From the NCBI GenBank assembly GCA_964019335.1, contig OZ025671.1, positions 186,001 to 250,000 on the forward strand: a stretch of DNA of 64,000 bases. The letters are read 5' to 3'. The translations under genes and the position numbers were made by a program. The notes under the pieces are model-generated. The model was not told the DNA's origin. It saw only the letters and a list, made by a program, of their open reading frames with translations, and searched no databases. The stretch is from Diplonema japonicum (Eukaryota > Protista > Euglenozoa: Diplonemea). Below, in pieces: positions 53,450 to 64,000 of this stretch. Numbering within the stretch: the first letter of the stretch is position 1; each line of letters opens with the position of its first letter.

Positions 53450-54299
53450 TTAATTCGGATTCAGCCATGGTTTTGCCGCCCTGCCCGTCCCCGCTGTCCG
53501 TCCCTTCTTTGCCATCGGTTTATTGCTCCCGTCCCGTTTCTGGAAACTGTCCTTACTTTTCCCCTTCATCCCTCCTCCGTATGGTGTCTGATTCAGCTTC
53601 GACTGTTTTTTTTCTTTTTTTCTCTTTTTTTTTTCCCCCTATCTCGTACCTGGAAGCCAGTTAGTTGTTTAATCTGACCCTCTGCGGATTCCTTCCTGAG
53701 CTTTTCTTCTTTTTTCTTGTCGTTTTCGAGCTTCTTTTTCTTGGACGGGTTGTAGCGGTGCCTCCCTTTAGCTTCTATAAGCGGGTCAAGAGTCGCATTA
53801 ATGTGATTTAAAATTGCAGTACTAGGATCCTCCTATGATTGGGATGGTGTGGTGGTGTTTTCATCTATTGTTTCTTTGAATACCTTGAACTCATCGCAGC
53901 CCAGGACGTAGCTGAAGTGCTCGACCTCTTTTTTCACAGTCTCACTTCGTTGTTCTTCGGTCATCGGTGTGCTTTTGAAAATTTGCGGTTTCGGTGCATT
54001 CGCTTCCTTCTCTTTTTCCCCCGTCACCATTTTCATGACATCCTTCTTGATCCTGTCCGTCTTCACCCCTTTCCCAAGCTTCGACAAAGGCTGCACTGTT
54101 CGCCTGTTCTTCCCCCTGTACTTCGCCGGGCCCGTTGTGTTTGCTGCATATTCAGTCAGTCTCTTTTTCGCTGTGGTTTGTTCCCCCCCACCCAGATTTC
54201 CATACTTAAAGCCGACTGCTTCCCTTGAGGAGCCGCTTCTTTATTTTTCTGCCTCGTCAGCAGCACTCTCTTCGCCTTCTTGTTCAGGGTCTTCCCCAT
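53450..54299 (-). CDS. Slx9/FAM207A-like ribosome biogenesis protein (238 aa; introns 54171-54205, 53833-53883, 53603-53649)
   Basis: Three GT-AG introns give one basic protein starting MGKTLNKKAKR and containing KEVEHFSYVLGCDEFK-EDPSTAILNHINATL, the Slx9-type C-terminal motif. Confidence 0.7.
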
Positions 54300-54426
54300 C
54301 TTTTCGAACGACCCTCCTGTACAGTGGTGACGCGCAAAAAAACAAGCAAGAAAAAAAAAAAAAAAAGACTATTTTTTTGAAACAACTGTAAAAACAGACA
54401 AAAGGTGGAAACCATGTCATAACATC

Positions 54427-57400
54427 TTAATCTAAGGGTGTGTACATAAGTCGCGTGACGGCGGAACGTGGGAAGCATTCGTGGTTCGTGGTGCCGTCTT
54501 CTTCATGGAATTCGAGCTTCACAAAATCGTGTCGGACTACAAGAGCACTGCCGGTGCACCCAAGGAAGCGTGCCTTTGCAGGGGTCCAGTTCACGAGATC
54601 TGCGAACATGGTACTGTGGGTTGCAAGCCAGTCGTCGCATCGGCTCCGCACATCGGACACTGAGGAGTGCACTAGCACGTCACACTTTGCCCACAGCAGG
54701 TACTCCCCTAGGTCCATCTTGTGTTCTGTGACCTTGTCCAGCAAAGGGATGATTTTCATCGCCCCGTTGGCCACAGCAAGCTCCAAGGGTACGTACCCCT
54801 TGGCATCCTTTACATTTGGATCCGAACCGTTCTCTAGCAACATTTCTACAACGTGACATGTATCATGCCAAGTCACACTCGCCAAGTGCAGTGCTGTCGA
54901 CCGCTGGTTCACCGTCCCTGCCAATACCGTCCGTTCTGTTATCAATCGCCGCAAGGCTTTCAACCCCGCACCGCTGCAGAACTCATTCTTCAGCACTGCG
55001 TAGTGCAGCGGTACTGCGCCCACGATGTTTCCGTTGTAGCTGCACAGCTTCCCCGACGGGGTGCCTTCAAAGCAGTCCGCCTCGACAGGCGACAGGCCGT
55101 AGTCGAGCAACATGTTGACTGCATTTACATTCCCCGTCTCCGCAGCACGGTGAAGCGATGATATCGGGAAGTCCCTGATTGACACTTTGTAGCTGGAGTA
55201 CTTTAACAGCAGCATAACAATGTCGATACGGAGACGCGACGCGGCAAGCTGTATAGGCAACATGCCGTCGTCGTTGTAGGCGTCAGGGTTGCAGCCGCCT
55301 TCAAGCAGTGTCTCTGCCATCTGCATGTGCCCAGCGAACGATGCGATGTGCAGCGCTGTCACCCCCGCTCCCATCACAGGGTCGTTCGCCCGCATCGCCA
55401 TGTTCTCTCTCCCCATGATCTCCTTCATCACGGCACAGCCATCGTCGGTGTTGAAGGCTGCCAGCCGTGCCATCTCGTGCAGCATGTTGGTGCCCTTGTC
55501 GCTCACCATTAGAAAGTCGACCCTGTACGTGTCAAGCAGGCGCTTCAACTCCCTGCAGTCGCCCTTGTAAATCACCTTGAAAACTGCAACGCGTGCGTGC
55601 GACGTTGGGAGGTTCACCTTCCCCGTGTTACCTATGATGAGATGCACGATGTCGATGTGTTGGTTGATGGCGGCGATCTCCTCTGCAGTGTGTCCCTCGT
55701 TCGAGACAGCGCTGACACGCACGTTTTCCTCCAGCAGGAAGCGCACAATCTCCACATACCCCATCTCAGCAGCTATGTATAAAGGCGTCCTGCCAAGCTT
55801 GTCAACAACATTGAGGTCCGCAGGTAGCTTCCGCACCAGCCTGTCGTACCAAACAAGTACATAAAGCACGTCCATGGCCCCCTGCAGGCACATGTGGTGA
55901 ATCACGGTCATGCCTTCCTTGTCGCTGATGTTAGGGTCGACTGTCTGCTGCAGCAGCACCTTCACCGCTGGAATCAAGCCAGCCTCTGCCGCAGCATGCA
56001 GGGCCGTCTTCCCATTGATGTCTCTCTTGTCGCCGCCACTGTTCTTGCACAAGGTCTCGATCACCTTCACACCGGCCTCGCTACTGAATGCACTGCGCAT
56101 GCATAATTTATGCAGCAAACTCCCTTCCTGCAAACAGTTCGCGAAGCAGTATATTACCATACCTTCGTTTCCACGTCGGTGGACACACCACATGACAGCA
56201 GCAGCCCCACTTTTTCAATCTCGTCGTTATAAACAGCACGGTGCAGCATCTTGCCTGCTTGTGCAACCTATGCAAGGGTGACGACGTTGATGCCAGCATA
56301 CCTTGTTTCTTTGGAAGTCACTCTTTTTCAGTTTTGACTTCGTCAGCGGCATGAGGTACAGCACGATGTCCACTTCGAACATGAGTGCTGCAGCCTGCAA
56401 CGGGGTGTGCCCCACCATGTCCATCCTGTCTGTGAGGTCGAGACCCTGTGCGGCAGGGGAGTGCAGGATTAGTTTGATAACTTCAAGCTGGCCCAGCGAA
56501 GCCGCGATGTGCAGTGGGGTAACTTGCTGCTTGTCACGCTTCTGCACAGACTCATGAGTGATCAACTTGGTGATGGTTTCCAGACCTATAGATGACACAA
56601 ACTCAGTAGATTCGATAGCCAAGTGCAGTGAAACCTGCCCGCTTGAGTCCACGATGTCAGGGTTAGCGCCATTCTGCAGCAGTGTCTTAGTGACACCCAC
56701 GAAACCAAGGGACGAGGCAACGTGCAGTACTGTGTGTGTTTTTGGCTTGACGCCCTTCCTTTTGCTGGCTGAGACGCACTGCAAGTTCGGGTCCGCCCCT
56801 AGCTTGATCAGCTGGAGCAACGTGTCTTCCGCCTCGTTAATAACAGCGTGCTGCAGGGGCGTGGTGCCATGACTGTCTGAGGCGTTTATCGTTGTGGGGC
56901 CACACAACTGCAGAAGGATTGCGGGGTCGCTGAACCTTTTCATAACCTTTAGAGCGACGTGCAGCACCGTCTCGCCTGCGAGCGTCAACAGCTTAGGGTC
57001 CGCCCCAACATTGAGTAGCTCGCGTATCGTCTTCTCACAACTGTTGCCCGCAGCAAGGTGCAAAGATGTGTTCTTCTCGCTATCCACGCAGTCCGGGTCA
57101 ACACCCAACACAATCAACCTCCCTACGGCACAGTACGCACCCGACCTTGCAGCTTCCAACAACGCATGTTGCAGCATTATACAGCACGCCTCTTCATTGT
57201 TCACCAACCGCATGATCTCCCGTGTGATCGTGACCCCATCTGACGCATCGATCTGTTCATCCCTCCCAAGCATCTCCTTGTGAGGTGCCACCGCCGCATT
57301 CAGTGCCCGTTCAAAGCGTTGTTTTTCGATTTCTTGCATGACTGTGAAGAGCTGGCGGATGTAATCCGGTGCCTTCTTATAAGTTAGGGTGGGCATGATC

Positions 57401-60102
57401 GTCCTGATGAAGATCTCAAGCGACTCACCGACTCCTATCTCACGTAGGCTGATGTCGTGGTGCTTTGCCTCGTTTGAGACAGACACCACTTGAAATGTGC
57501 TGTTCGGGAGGTACAGGTAGTGTTTCTGCCTCGACGTCCAATTCCAAGGTGTGATGTCACGTACGTTCCCAGTGATAGAAAGGACAGTTTGCTTCTCGTT
57601 CTCCACATGATCTGAACACGACGAGTAAGCACCCCATAGCACTACGGTGCTTGTGGTGTACGTGTCCGTGAGCTTCGTCCCCGTGATGCTTCTGTTCGCG
57701 AATACAACCTCCTGAGGAAGCTGCGCAAGGGCTTTATCAAGATAATAAGCAAAGGGTCGTGTCTGGTCCACCATCCACCCGTTCACTTGCATGTTGGTAT
57801 CGTCCGCCCTCACGAACACGTGCTCCGGGACGCAAATTGCCCACCCTGCACCGATGTTCTCTGTGTCTTTTGCCCATGCTCCCCACTTCCCGTCCTTCGT
57901 GGAAAAACTGCATATGCTCGGCCCTGCGTGGTAGGTGCCAGACGCATCGCCAGTTTCTATCACAAGCCGTGCCTCCTGGTTCCCGTTCTTCACGGCTCTG
58001 ATGCAGTTGTTGAGCACGAGGTAAGGCTGATGATTTGCTTTTGAGGTAAGCCGCTGCACGGTGCACATTTCCTCTGTGGCGACGCATGCTAAGACGCACT
58101 TTGCACCCGACAGCATAGCAAGGTAGGTGGTGCCTCGCCAGTGTAAGAACTGAATGGATAGAGCTTGATGGATGTTGAGCGGGGTAGCCGTGGTGGTGTC
58201 TACCAGCTCCCTGAAGATGTTTTGCAGCAGCGTTGATGTTGTGTCTGTCTCGTCCACCTTGCTGCCATTGATGATTAGTAGCGAGCTGGGGTCGGCTACG
58301 ACTGCAGTCACCTCCGAGATATCTACGTTGTACACGCCGCTGTCGAGGAACTGCAGCGCTGCTGTCTCGATGTTGTCTCGCCGTGAGATGATGCGCTTCG
58401 ACATCGCAAGCTTCATGTTCAGTAGTTCGGGGACTGTGTCGTTGACCTTCTCTTGCAGAGATACCCATGACAGCCTCAAGATCTTCCCGTTCACGAATGT
58501 CAGGCAGTCTTCTTGTTGCACAGAAAGAAACGGTGCTGTGAGGTCGATCAGCCATGCATCGCCCATGTCGCTGAGCGAGCCGTGCGGTGTCCATGTAATT
58601 GCCAGCTCGTCAGAAGTAATGAACTCTTTGGTTTTCTTCTTCACGTCCTCCTTGCTAAGGTTCAGCCATTCCATGATTGGCTCAGATCGTGCCCGCCAAC
58701 ACAAACCTTTTATAACCTGCTTGGCTTGCGGGAGATTTTCGATAGCAGCTAAAGCCTGGTTGTACAGCGCCTCGTTCTTCGCTCGGGGGTTCGCACTGGA
58801 CGTACACTGCCGCACCACATCATCAAAGATGGCGTACTTCTCCGAGAAAGGGTAGGACCTCCATTCCTTCCCCGAAAGGTAAGTTGTGGCGCTCCTCGAA
58901 AAGAGGTACTCGATAATGCCCGAGGGAGGCATCTGCCCCACGCGGAAGGGTCCCGGGTTGAACGCTTGCCACACAGGGGGCAACCATACGACAGACGTTG
59001 CCAAGGGCTCAAAGTCGCTTTCATCCACAGAGCTTTCATTTCGGTACCTTACCAAGTACAAGACGTCCAGACCACTGGGGAGGGGCTTCGACAGCGTGAA
59101 GCGGTACACAGACAAGCCGTGCGAACTGTGCACCAAAGACAGCACCCCAAAGCTGCCCTTCATTTCTGTATAGATATCCTGAAAGTCAGGTTGGTCATAT
59201 GGGTTCAGGACGGCCGCCATCTCCTTAACAGCCGCTTCCGTGAGGTGCACGTCTTTGGCAGGCTTCGTGTTTTTGTAGCATGATTCCATCGCTTCGAACT
59301 TACAGAGCACACTCCACCTTGACACAGGGTAGGGGACGGGATCGACTGTCCAAACACAGTAAACGACAGGTGTGAGAACCTCAGAGGCGTACACGCTGAT
59401 GGGAAGAGAGATGGTCTCAGGATGGGTGGTGTCGTGGGAGGCGGTCGCGTGGGCGTTCGAGATCAGCTCTTTAATGCCTGTGTTCCAGTAGAGTACGTTA
59501 CGAGGGTCGTGCCATGTGGCAATGGACTTTATTGTCTTGTGGAGAAAGGCCTTGGGGTTGTACGAGGAGGGATAAAATACGGTGACGGGTGGCAGGTAGT
59601 GCTCGAGGTTCACGACGTGTGGTGCTTCGATGCCGTCGTTGGTGTGCTTGTGCTTGTGTCCTGACTCGTGCCTGATGGTGTCCTCAAGAGCTGAGAGAAG
59701 TGCGGCCTGTACGTCGCCCCGCGGTGCCGAGTGAAGCATCATCTCGACAACGATAGAGGCAACTCTCGCGACGCCTTCCTTGTTGGTCAGCGACTTCACT
59801 ACCTCCGAGAAGGTCGCCACAAGCCCTGACGAGCTCGGCTGTTCATTCACAAGCATCTGCCCAGCATCGACCCACCCTTGTATCTCCTGCATCGGGTTTG
59901 TGTCGATCGCTTTTAAATTCTTCAAGTACACCATTAGCGCAGCCACAGCACCCAGACGCTTCCTGTCCACCATGTGGACACAGGCTAACACCACGAGAAC
60001 AGGGTCAATTCGTGACACCATCATCCTCCTCTGTGCTGCTATTTTTGTCCCAGCGCTGACCACTGCCCCCGCCCATATCCCTGTCTTTGTAACGGGAGCC
60101 AT
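54427..60102 (-). CDS. Giant ankyrin-repeat protein with degenerate ADP-ribosyltransferase-like domain and C-terminal Mind-bomb-type SH3 repeat (1868 aa; introns 56268-56301, 56128-56162)
   Basis: 34- and 35-nt introns join the 1291-aa and 588-aa ORFs through an exon that is itself an ankyrin repeat (GKMLHRAVYNDEIEKVGLLLSCGVSTDVETK); many GxTPLHxA repeats. Confidence 0.85.
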
Positions 60103-60355
60103 GTCTCCTGTGATTTATTTGTGGGTGTGGCCTCGATATTTAAAACGATAAGAAATCATCGAAACTGTGGTTTGGCAAGGAGAAAAAAAAAAGAAAAAAA
60201 AACGAGAAATGCAAACGACTCAGGGAGAAAAAGTAAGCGTAAAAAAAAATCTGTATGGGAGAAGTACGGCAACGATTCAATATTTTCTTTTCTTTTTCTT
60301 CTCTCTGTTCTTTATTTATCTTTTTTCGGAAGAAAAAAGTTTCTTTTTTTTCAGT

Positions 60356-62611
60356 TTATCGGTACCGCTCCTCTCGGGACTCTTTGAGGGCTTTCAGAAG
60401 CTCCTTCTGTCTTCTCCCCAGCGCTTTCTCTTTTTTTGACAGCCTGTTCAAATAGCTATCCCGATCCTCTTTCGCCTTCATCAGCTGCGGTATCTGGACA
60501 GTGCCCCCAGGACACCACTGGACAGGTGCTGGGGTAATGATACTGGGCGTCTCGGGTCCCAGCAAACGAGACAGTGAAGGTGCAGTTAGCAGCTTTTTCT
60601 TTTTAATGGGCTTTTGCTTGCTGTAGGAAGACCTTCCTTTTGGAGAAAGTGAGGCGGTCGAGAGTGGTTGCCCTATTTCCGCCAGCGGTCGAGGTTTATC
60701 TTTCAAAGATGCCAGCGACCGTTCAGACTTAGTACTCCCTTCTTGTGCAAGAATAATAGGGAAAAGAGAGCCGTTCAAAGCTGTCTGCTGTTGTGTGCCA
60801 AGCATAATGCATCCTGTGATGCAGATCAGCGCAAAAAGCTTTCTTCTGTTGCAGCATGCAGCACCGATGACATGCATGTACTCTTGCAGCAGTGCAAAGG
60901 TGTCGTCGCCAGAAGTGTAGCCGTCGCTGCTTCGGTTCATCAGGTAGAAGAGCCGTGCGTCAGGAGCAGATAACTTGCGGGGCAGTGCCACATCGCTGGC
61001 CGTGTGTAGTGCTGCTATGAGGGCTTTCTTGAGCTCCCCCAACCAGCCTCCGTCGGTCATGTTGCCTGTTGGATATGTAGGCGGCTCCCATGGGGAGGTG
61101 TGCGCCATCTCAGCGGCTTTTTGAGCGCTGTCCCTCACTGGCTCCAAGCACTTCAAGTCGGCCATCGTCTCCAAGAAGGCTTTGTCGCTCTGGTGCTCCT
61201 TCTGCCACGCCTCTGCTGTCATCGACCGCTCGACCACACGCTCGTTCTCATCGAGCTCTGCCAGCAACGCGTCTTCACGCAGCATGTCATTCACATGTGA
61301 AACATACCGCTCGACCTCAGCCTTCTGCTCCTCCAACTTGAGCTTCCACTCCAACAAAAACAGCTTTTCCTCACACTCTTCAGCTGTGTGGTACGACAAC
61401 AATCTGTCAACCTCAACGCTGCCGCGTGTTAAAGATTTTATCTCATGCTTGAGGTGGAGCATCGTGTGGTGGTAGTGCACGCCTGTCTGCTTTTCGAATG
61501 CTTGCTTGATCCGTACTGCGTGGCGCTCCCTGTAGTCGGTCGGCTTCGCGGCTTTTAAGAAGGCCCGCTTCGCTTTGAGTATGGTGTTCTCACGTTCGTG
61601 GAGGACGTCTTTCATCCGCGTGCGTTCCTTCCGTTTGGCTTCGATCCCTCGCCATGCGGACTCTTCTTTTTTTGTGAGCTCGGGGGGCTTTTGGTCGAGG
61701 AGGTGTTGGAGCTGCAGCTGGAGATCAGGGATGAGGTCTTCTTTGATGTGAATGTACCGTTCGATGTTGTGGACCTTGCTGAGGGAGGGGGCGGTGGTGC
61801 TAGAGGGCGTGATGTGCTTGTGGAGCGCGGTGTGCTCCTCTTCAAGGTTGGCGAGCTGGGATTGAAGCTGGGCTTCTTGCTCGGCACGATCTGCAAGGAA
61901 AGCCTCGCGGGACTCCATCTTCAGCTTGGCAGCTGTCTCCAAACCCTTTTCCGAGAGCAGCCTGATATCATACCGTGGCCGCATGGCAGCTTCAACTGTC
62001 TTCAAAAACCTCTTCCTGCGTTCCTCGACATCGTAGATCCCCGTGCGGCGTACGTAGGCCGCCCACGCCAGCTGTTCATCGGGGGAAAGTTCGAGACGTT
62101 TCTTATCAGTGCTCCATGTTGCTACTAGGTTTTGTTCGATATCTAAGGCAGACGAAACAACTGATAAAGATTCGTCGTCGTGCAGGCCAACTGCACCCAC
62201 CACCCTTGAGCGGTGCGCTGTGATCATGTCTAAATGCTCTTCTGAGGATTTCTCCAAGGCCAGCAGTTTCACGTTAGCACTCTCCACCAGGTCCAAGGAG
62301 TTTCGTGGAAGCGACATCCCTCGTTTTCTTGTCATTTGTGGTTCTGACGGTTGTCGGCGTAGCAAGCCGCTTGACGCCCTTCGTGACGCGAGGGACTGTA
62401 GTGGGGCTGGTGGTGGTGTTACGGGTGCCGTCTTTTTTTTTGTGTCGTTTCTCTTCGTGGCGATCGGTGCTGGTGGCAGTGGGCTTGGCAGTTGTTGCAA
62501 TGGTGTGATTTTTCCGAAGGTGTCGTCTTCGTCATTGTCGGCCACCTCCTCTATCGCACACATTCCTTCTTCCCTTGTGAAGGCGAATTTTTCAAACCCA
62601 TCTTCTTGCAT
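60356..62611 (-). CDS. Hypothetical coiled-coil protein (751 aa)
   Basis: Long ORF with heptad-rich E/K/Q/L segments; ATG after an A-run; no recognised family. Confidence 0.75.
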   Translation of the reverse strand: MQEDGFEKFAFTREEGMCAIEEVADNDEDDTFGKITPLQQLPSPLPPAPIATKRNDTKKKTAPVTPPPAPLQSLASRRASSGLLRRQPSEPQMTRKRGMSLPRNSLDLVESANVKLLALEKSSEEHLDMITAHRSRVVGAVGLHDDESLSVVSSALDIEQNLVATWSTDKKRLELSPDEQLAWAAYVRRTGIYDVEERRKRFLKTVEAAMRPRYDIRLLSEKGLETAAKLKMESREAFLADRAEQEAQLQSQLANLEEEHTALHKHITPSSTTAPSLSKVHNIERYIHIKEDLIPDLQLQLQHLLDQKPPELTKKEESAWRGIEAKRKERTRMKDVLHERENTILKAKRAFLKAAKPTDYRERHAVRIKQAFEKQTGVHYHHTMLHLKHEIKSLTRGSVEVDRLLSYHTAEECEEKLFLLEWKLKLEEQKAEVERYVSHVNDMLREDALLAELDENERVVERSMTAEAWQKEHQSDKAFLETMADLKCLEPVRDSAQKAAEMAHTSPWEPPTYPTGNMTDGGWLGELKKALIAALHTASDVALPRKLSAPDARLFYLMNRSSDGYTSGDDTFALLQEYMHVIGAACCNRRKLFALICITGCIMLGTQQQTALNGSLFPIILAQEGSTKSERSLASLKDKPRPLAEIGQPLSTASLSPKGRSSYSKQKPIKKKKLLTAPSLSRLLGPETPSIITPAPVQWCPGGTVQIPQLMKAKEDRDSYLNRLSKKEKALGRRQKELLKALKESREERYR

Positions 62612-64000
62612 TTTTTTTTCCCCCCTCTTTTCTTAGAACTTTAACCACCCTGGGGCTACGTTGGCAGAGAAACGGGAAACATTTCCGTACCCGGAGAGCG
62701 TCCTGAAGAGATTGGATCTCGCAAGGTGGCCAGGGGTGCCACGACGAGCTCAAAAAAGCAGTGCGAAAGGAAGGGGAATGCACGACCCCCCCGCCGGCTT
62801 TGACGAGAGCCGAAACCCAGCCTGGAAAAAAAAGCGATAGCCGCCATGAACGCTGCGGCGATGGGGTCGATCCCGACGAGACTTCGAAGGCTGTTTTCAA
62901 AAAAAAAAAAGCTTGGAAATGCGTTTTTTCTTTTGCCAACATAGCCCTGGGGGGGGGGGGGGGGGGGGGACAGCAGACGAATAAATGAATAAAAATGAAT
63001 CAGAAAAAAAAATGGCGCTCCTTCTTGCCACCCCCCCTTCATTCCCCCCCCCCCCCCCCCCCCCTGTTGTTCTCTTTCTTTTTTTTTGTTCCTTCTTTCT
63101 GGTCTGTTTCATGGGGGGGAATAAAAAAAGGGGGGGAATCAGAGTGGATCAAAAAGAAGGCTTTTTTTTTGTTTTTTTTTTCCCTGCTTCTTTTGGTGTG
63201 TGTGTCGGGAGGGAGGAGGGGACAATCGAGGAAAGCAATAAAAAAAGGGGGGAAAGAAAGGGCGTGACCTTTCTTTTTACCTAACATGTGAATCAACAAA
63301 TGCAGGACAAACAATGAGGGTATGGAAGGGGGGGGGCAATAAAAAGAACGGGACAGGCTTCCTGCAGAATAGAACTAAAAAAAGAGGGGGGGAAAGGGAG
63401 GGGACATCGTGACAATGGGTCTTTTCTTTTCTTTATTTCTGTTACCTGCCTTGGCTGTCCGATCCGCATGAGTGAGAGACAGGCCGACCAAAATACTGTT
63501 TCTGCTTTTAAACGAGGCTCGGAGCACTCATCTGGGTTTCCTATTCTTCTTTTTTTGCCCTTTCCCCATTCTTTAATGATTCTAAATCAAAGTATTTTTT
63601 TTTTCTTTTTTCTTTTTTCTTTTCTCTCTCAACTATAACGAATTGCTAAGCACCGAATCTTGTTTTGCCCTGCCAAGCCGGCAAATACTCATGTCCCTCT
63701 TTACATCTGTATAAAGGTCCTGAAGGATCGTTTGGAAAAAGAAAAGAAAAAAAAAAAGAGAAGAAACGAGGGTTTTTTTAATTGTTTTTTTTTTCCTTTT
63801 TTTCCCATGGGGTGGGGGGGCTTTTCTGTGATCGGGTGTTTCCCTTCCAAGCAACACGGGCCGTATTTCAATTTTTTTTTAAAAAAATTAGAAGAAAAAA
63901 AAATCCTAGATCTTTTTTTCTGCCCAATGGGGGGGGGGGGGATTCTTTTTCCCCCTCGTAATTACTTTTTAATTCACACTTTCTTCCCCTTTTTTTTTCT

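Noticed and set aside
53337-53468. N-terminal extension MAESELKE... of the kinesin ORF
   Set aside because: It overlaps the last exon of the SLX9-like gene in another frame and crosses homopolymer spacer; MSEAIKV at 53336 is the more likely start.
9801-54299. Functional cluster of tRNA/ribosome biogenesis genes (XPOT, FCF1, CCA1, Rpp14-like, NO66-like, SLX9-like)
   Set aside because: They are interspersed with unrelated genes over 45 kb; this cannot be distinguished from chance without genome-wide statistics.
196-63284. All + strand ORFs in the track
   Set aside because: They are antisense shadows of minus-strand genes or low-complexity poly-Phe/Lys/Pro/Gly reads of homopolymers; none has a recognisable domain.

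Overview
Eukaryotic nuclear DNA, most likely a euglenozoan protist of the diplonemid type. This is inferred from strictly unidirectional gene packing, ACAG|G acceptor-like sites just upstream of start codons, and frequent cis-introns with GTATG-like donors. All 28 supportable protein genes are on the minus strand, separated by spacers rich in A/T/G/C homopolymers. By restoring reading frames by hand I reconstructed 24 distinct short GT-AG introns (34-104 nt; 26 counting a duplicated gene). Most lack a polypyrimidine tract and carry poly(A), purine-rich or CA-rich 3' halves instead; one is essentially GTATTTCAAT(A)35G. Recognisable genes: VASt lipid-transfer protein, CEP41-like, CFAP61, exportin-T, Oxa1/YidC, SET/LSMT, ArfGAP, HscB, MATE, FCF1, CCA-adding enzyme, NSDHL-like fusion, Rpp14/Pop5-like, JmjC (NO66-like), BspA-type LRR, SLX9-like, a kinesin-U-box-F-box fusion and a giant pseudo-ART/ankyrin protein. 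Accessory elements: an apparently identical 2002-bp gene-sized duplication (macrodomain-like gene) bracketing a MATE gene, two homologous 5'-truncated non-LTR retroelement remnants and a 40-bp dispersed repeat. The remnants and the repeat all sit between T-runs on the minus strand. All family calls come from motif recognition by eye; no database searches were run.
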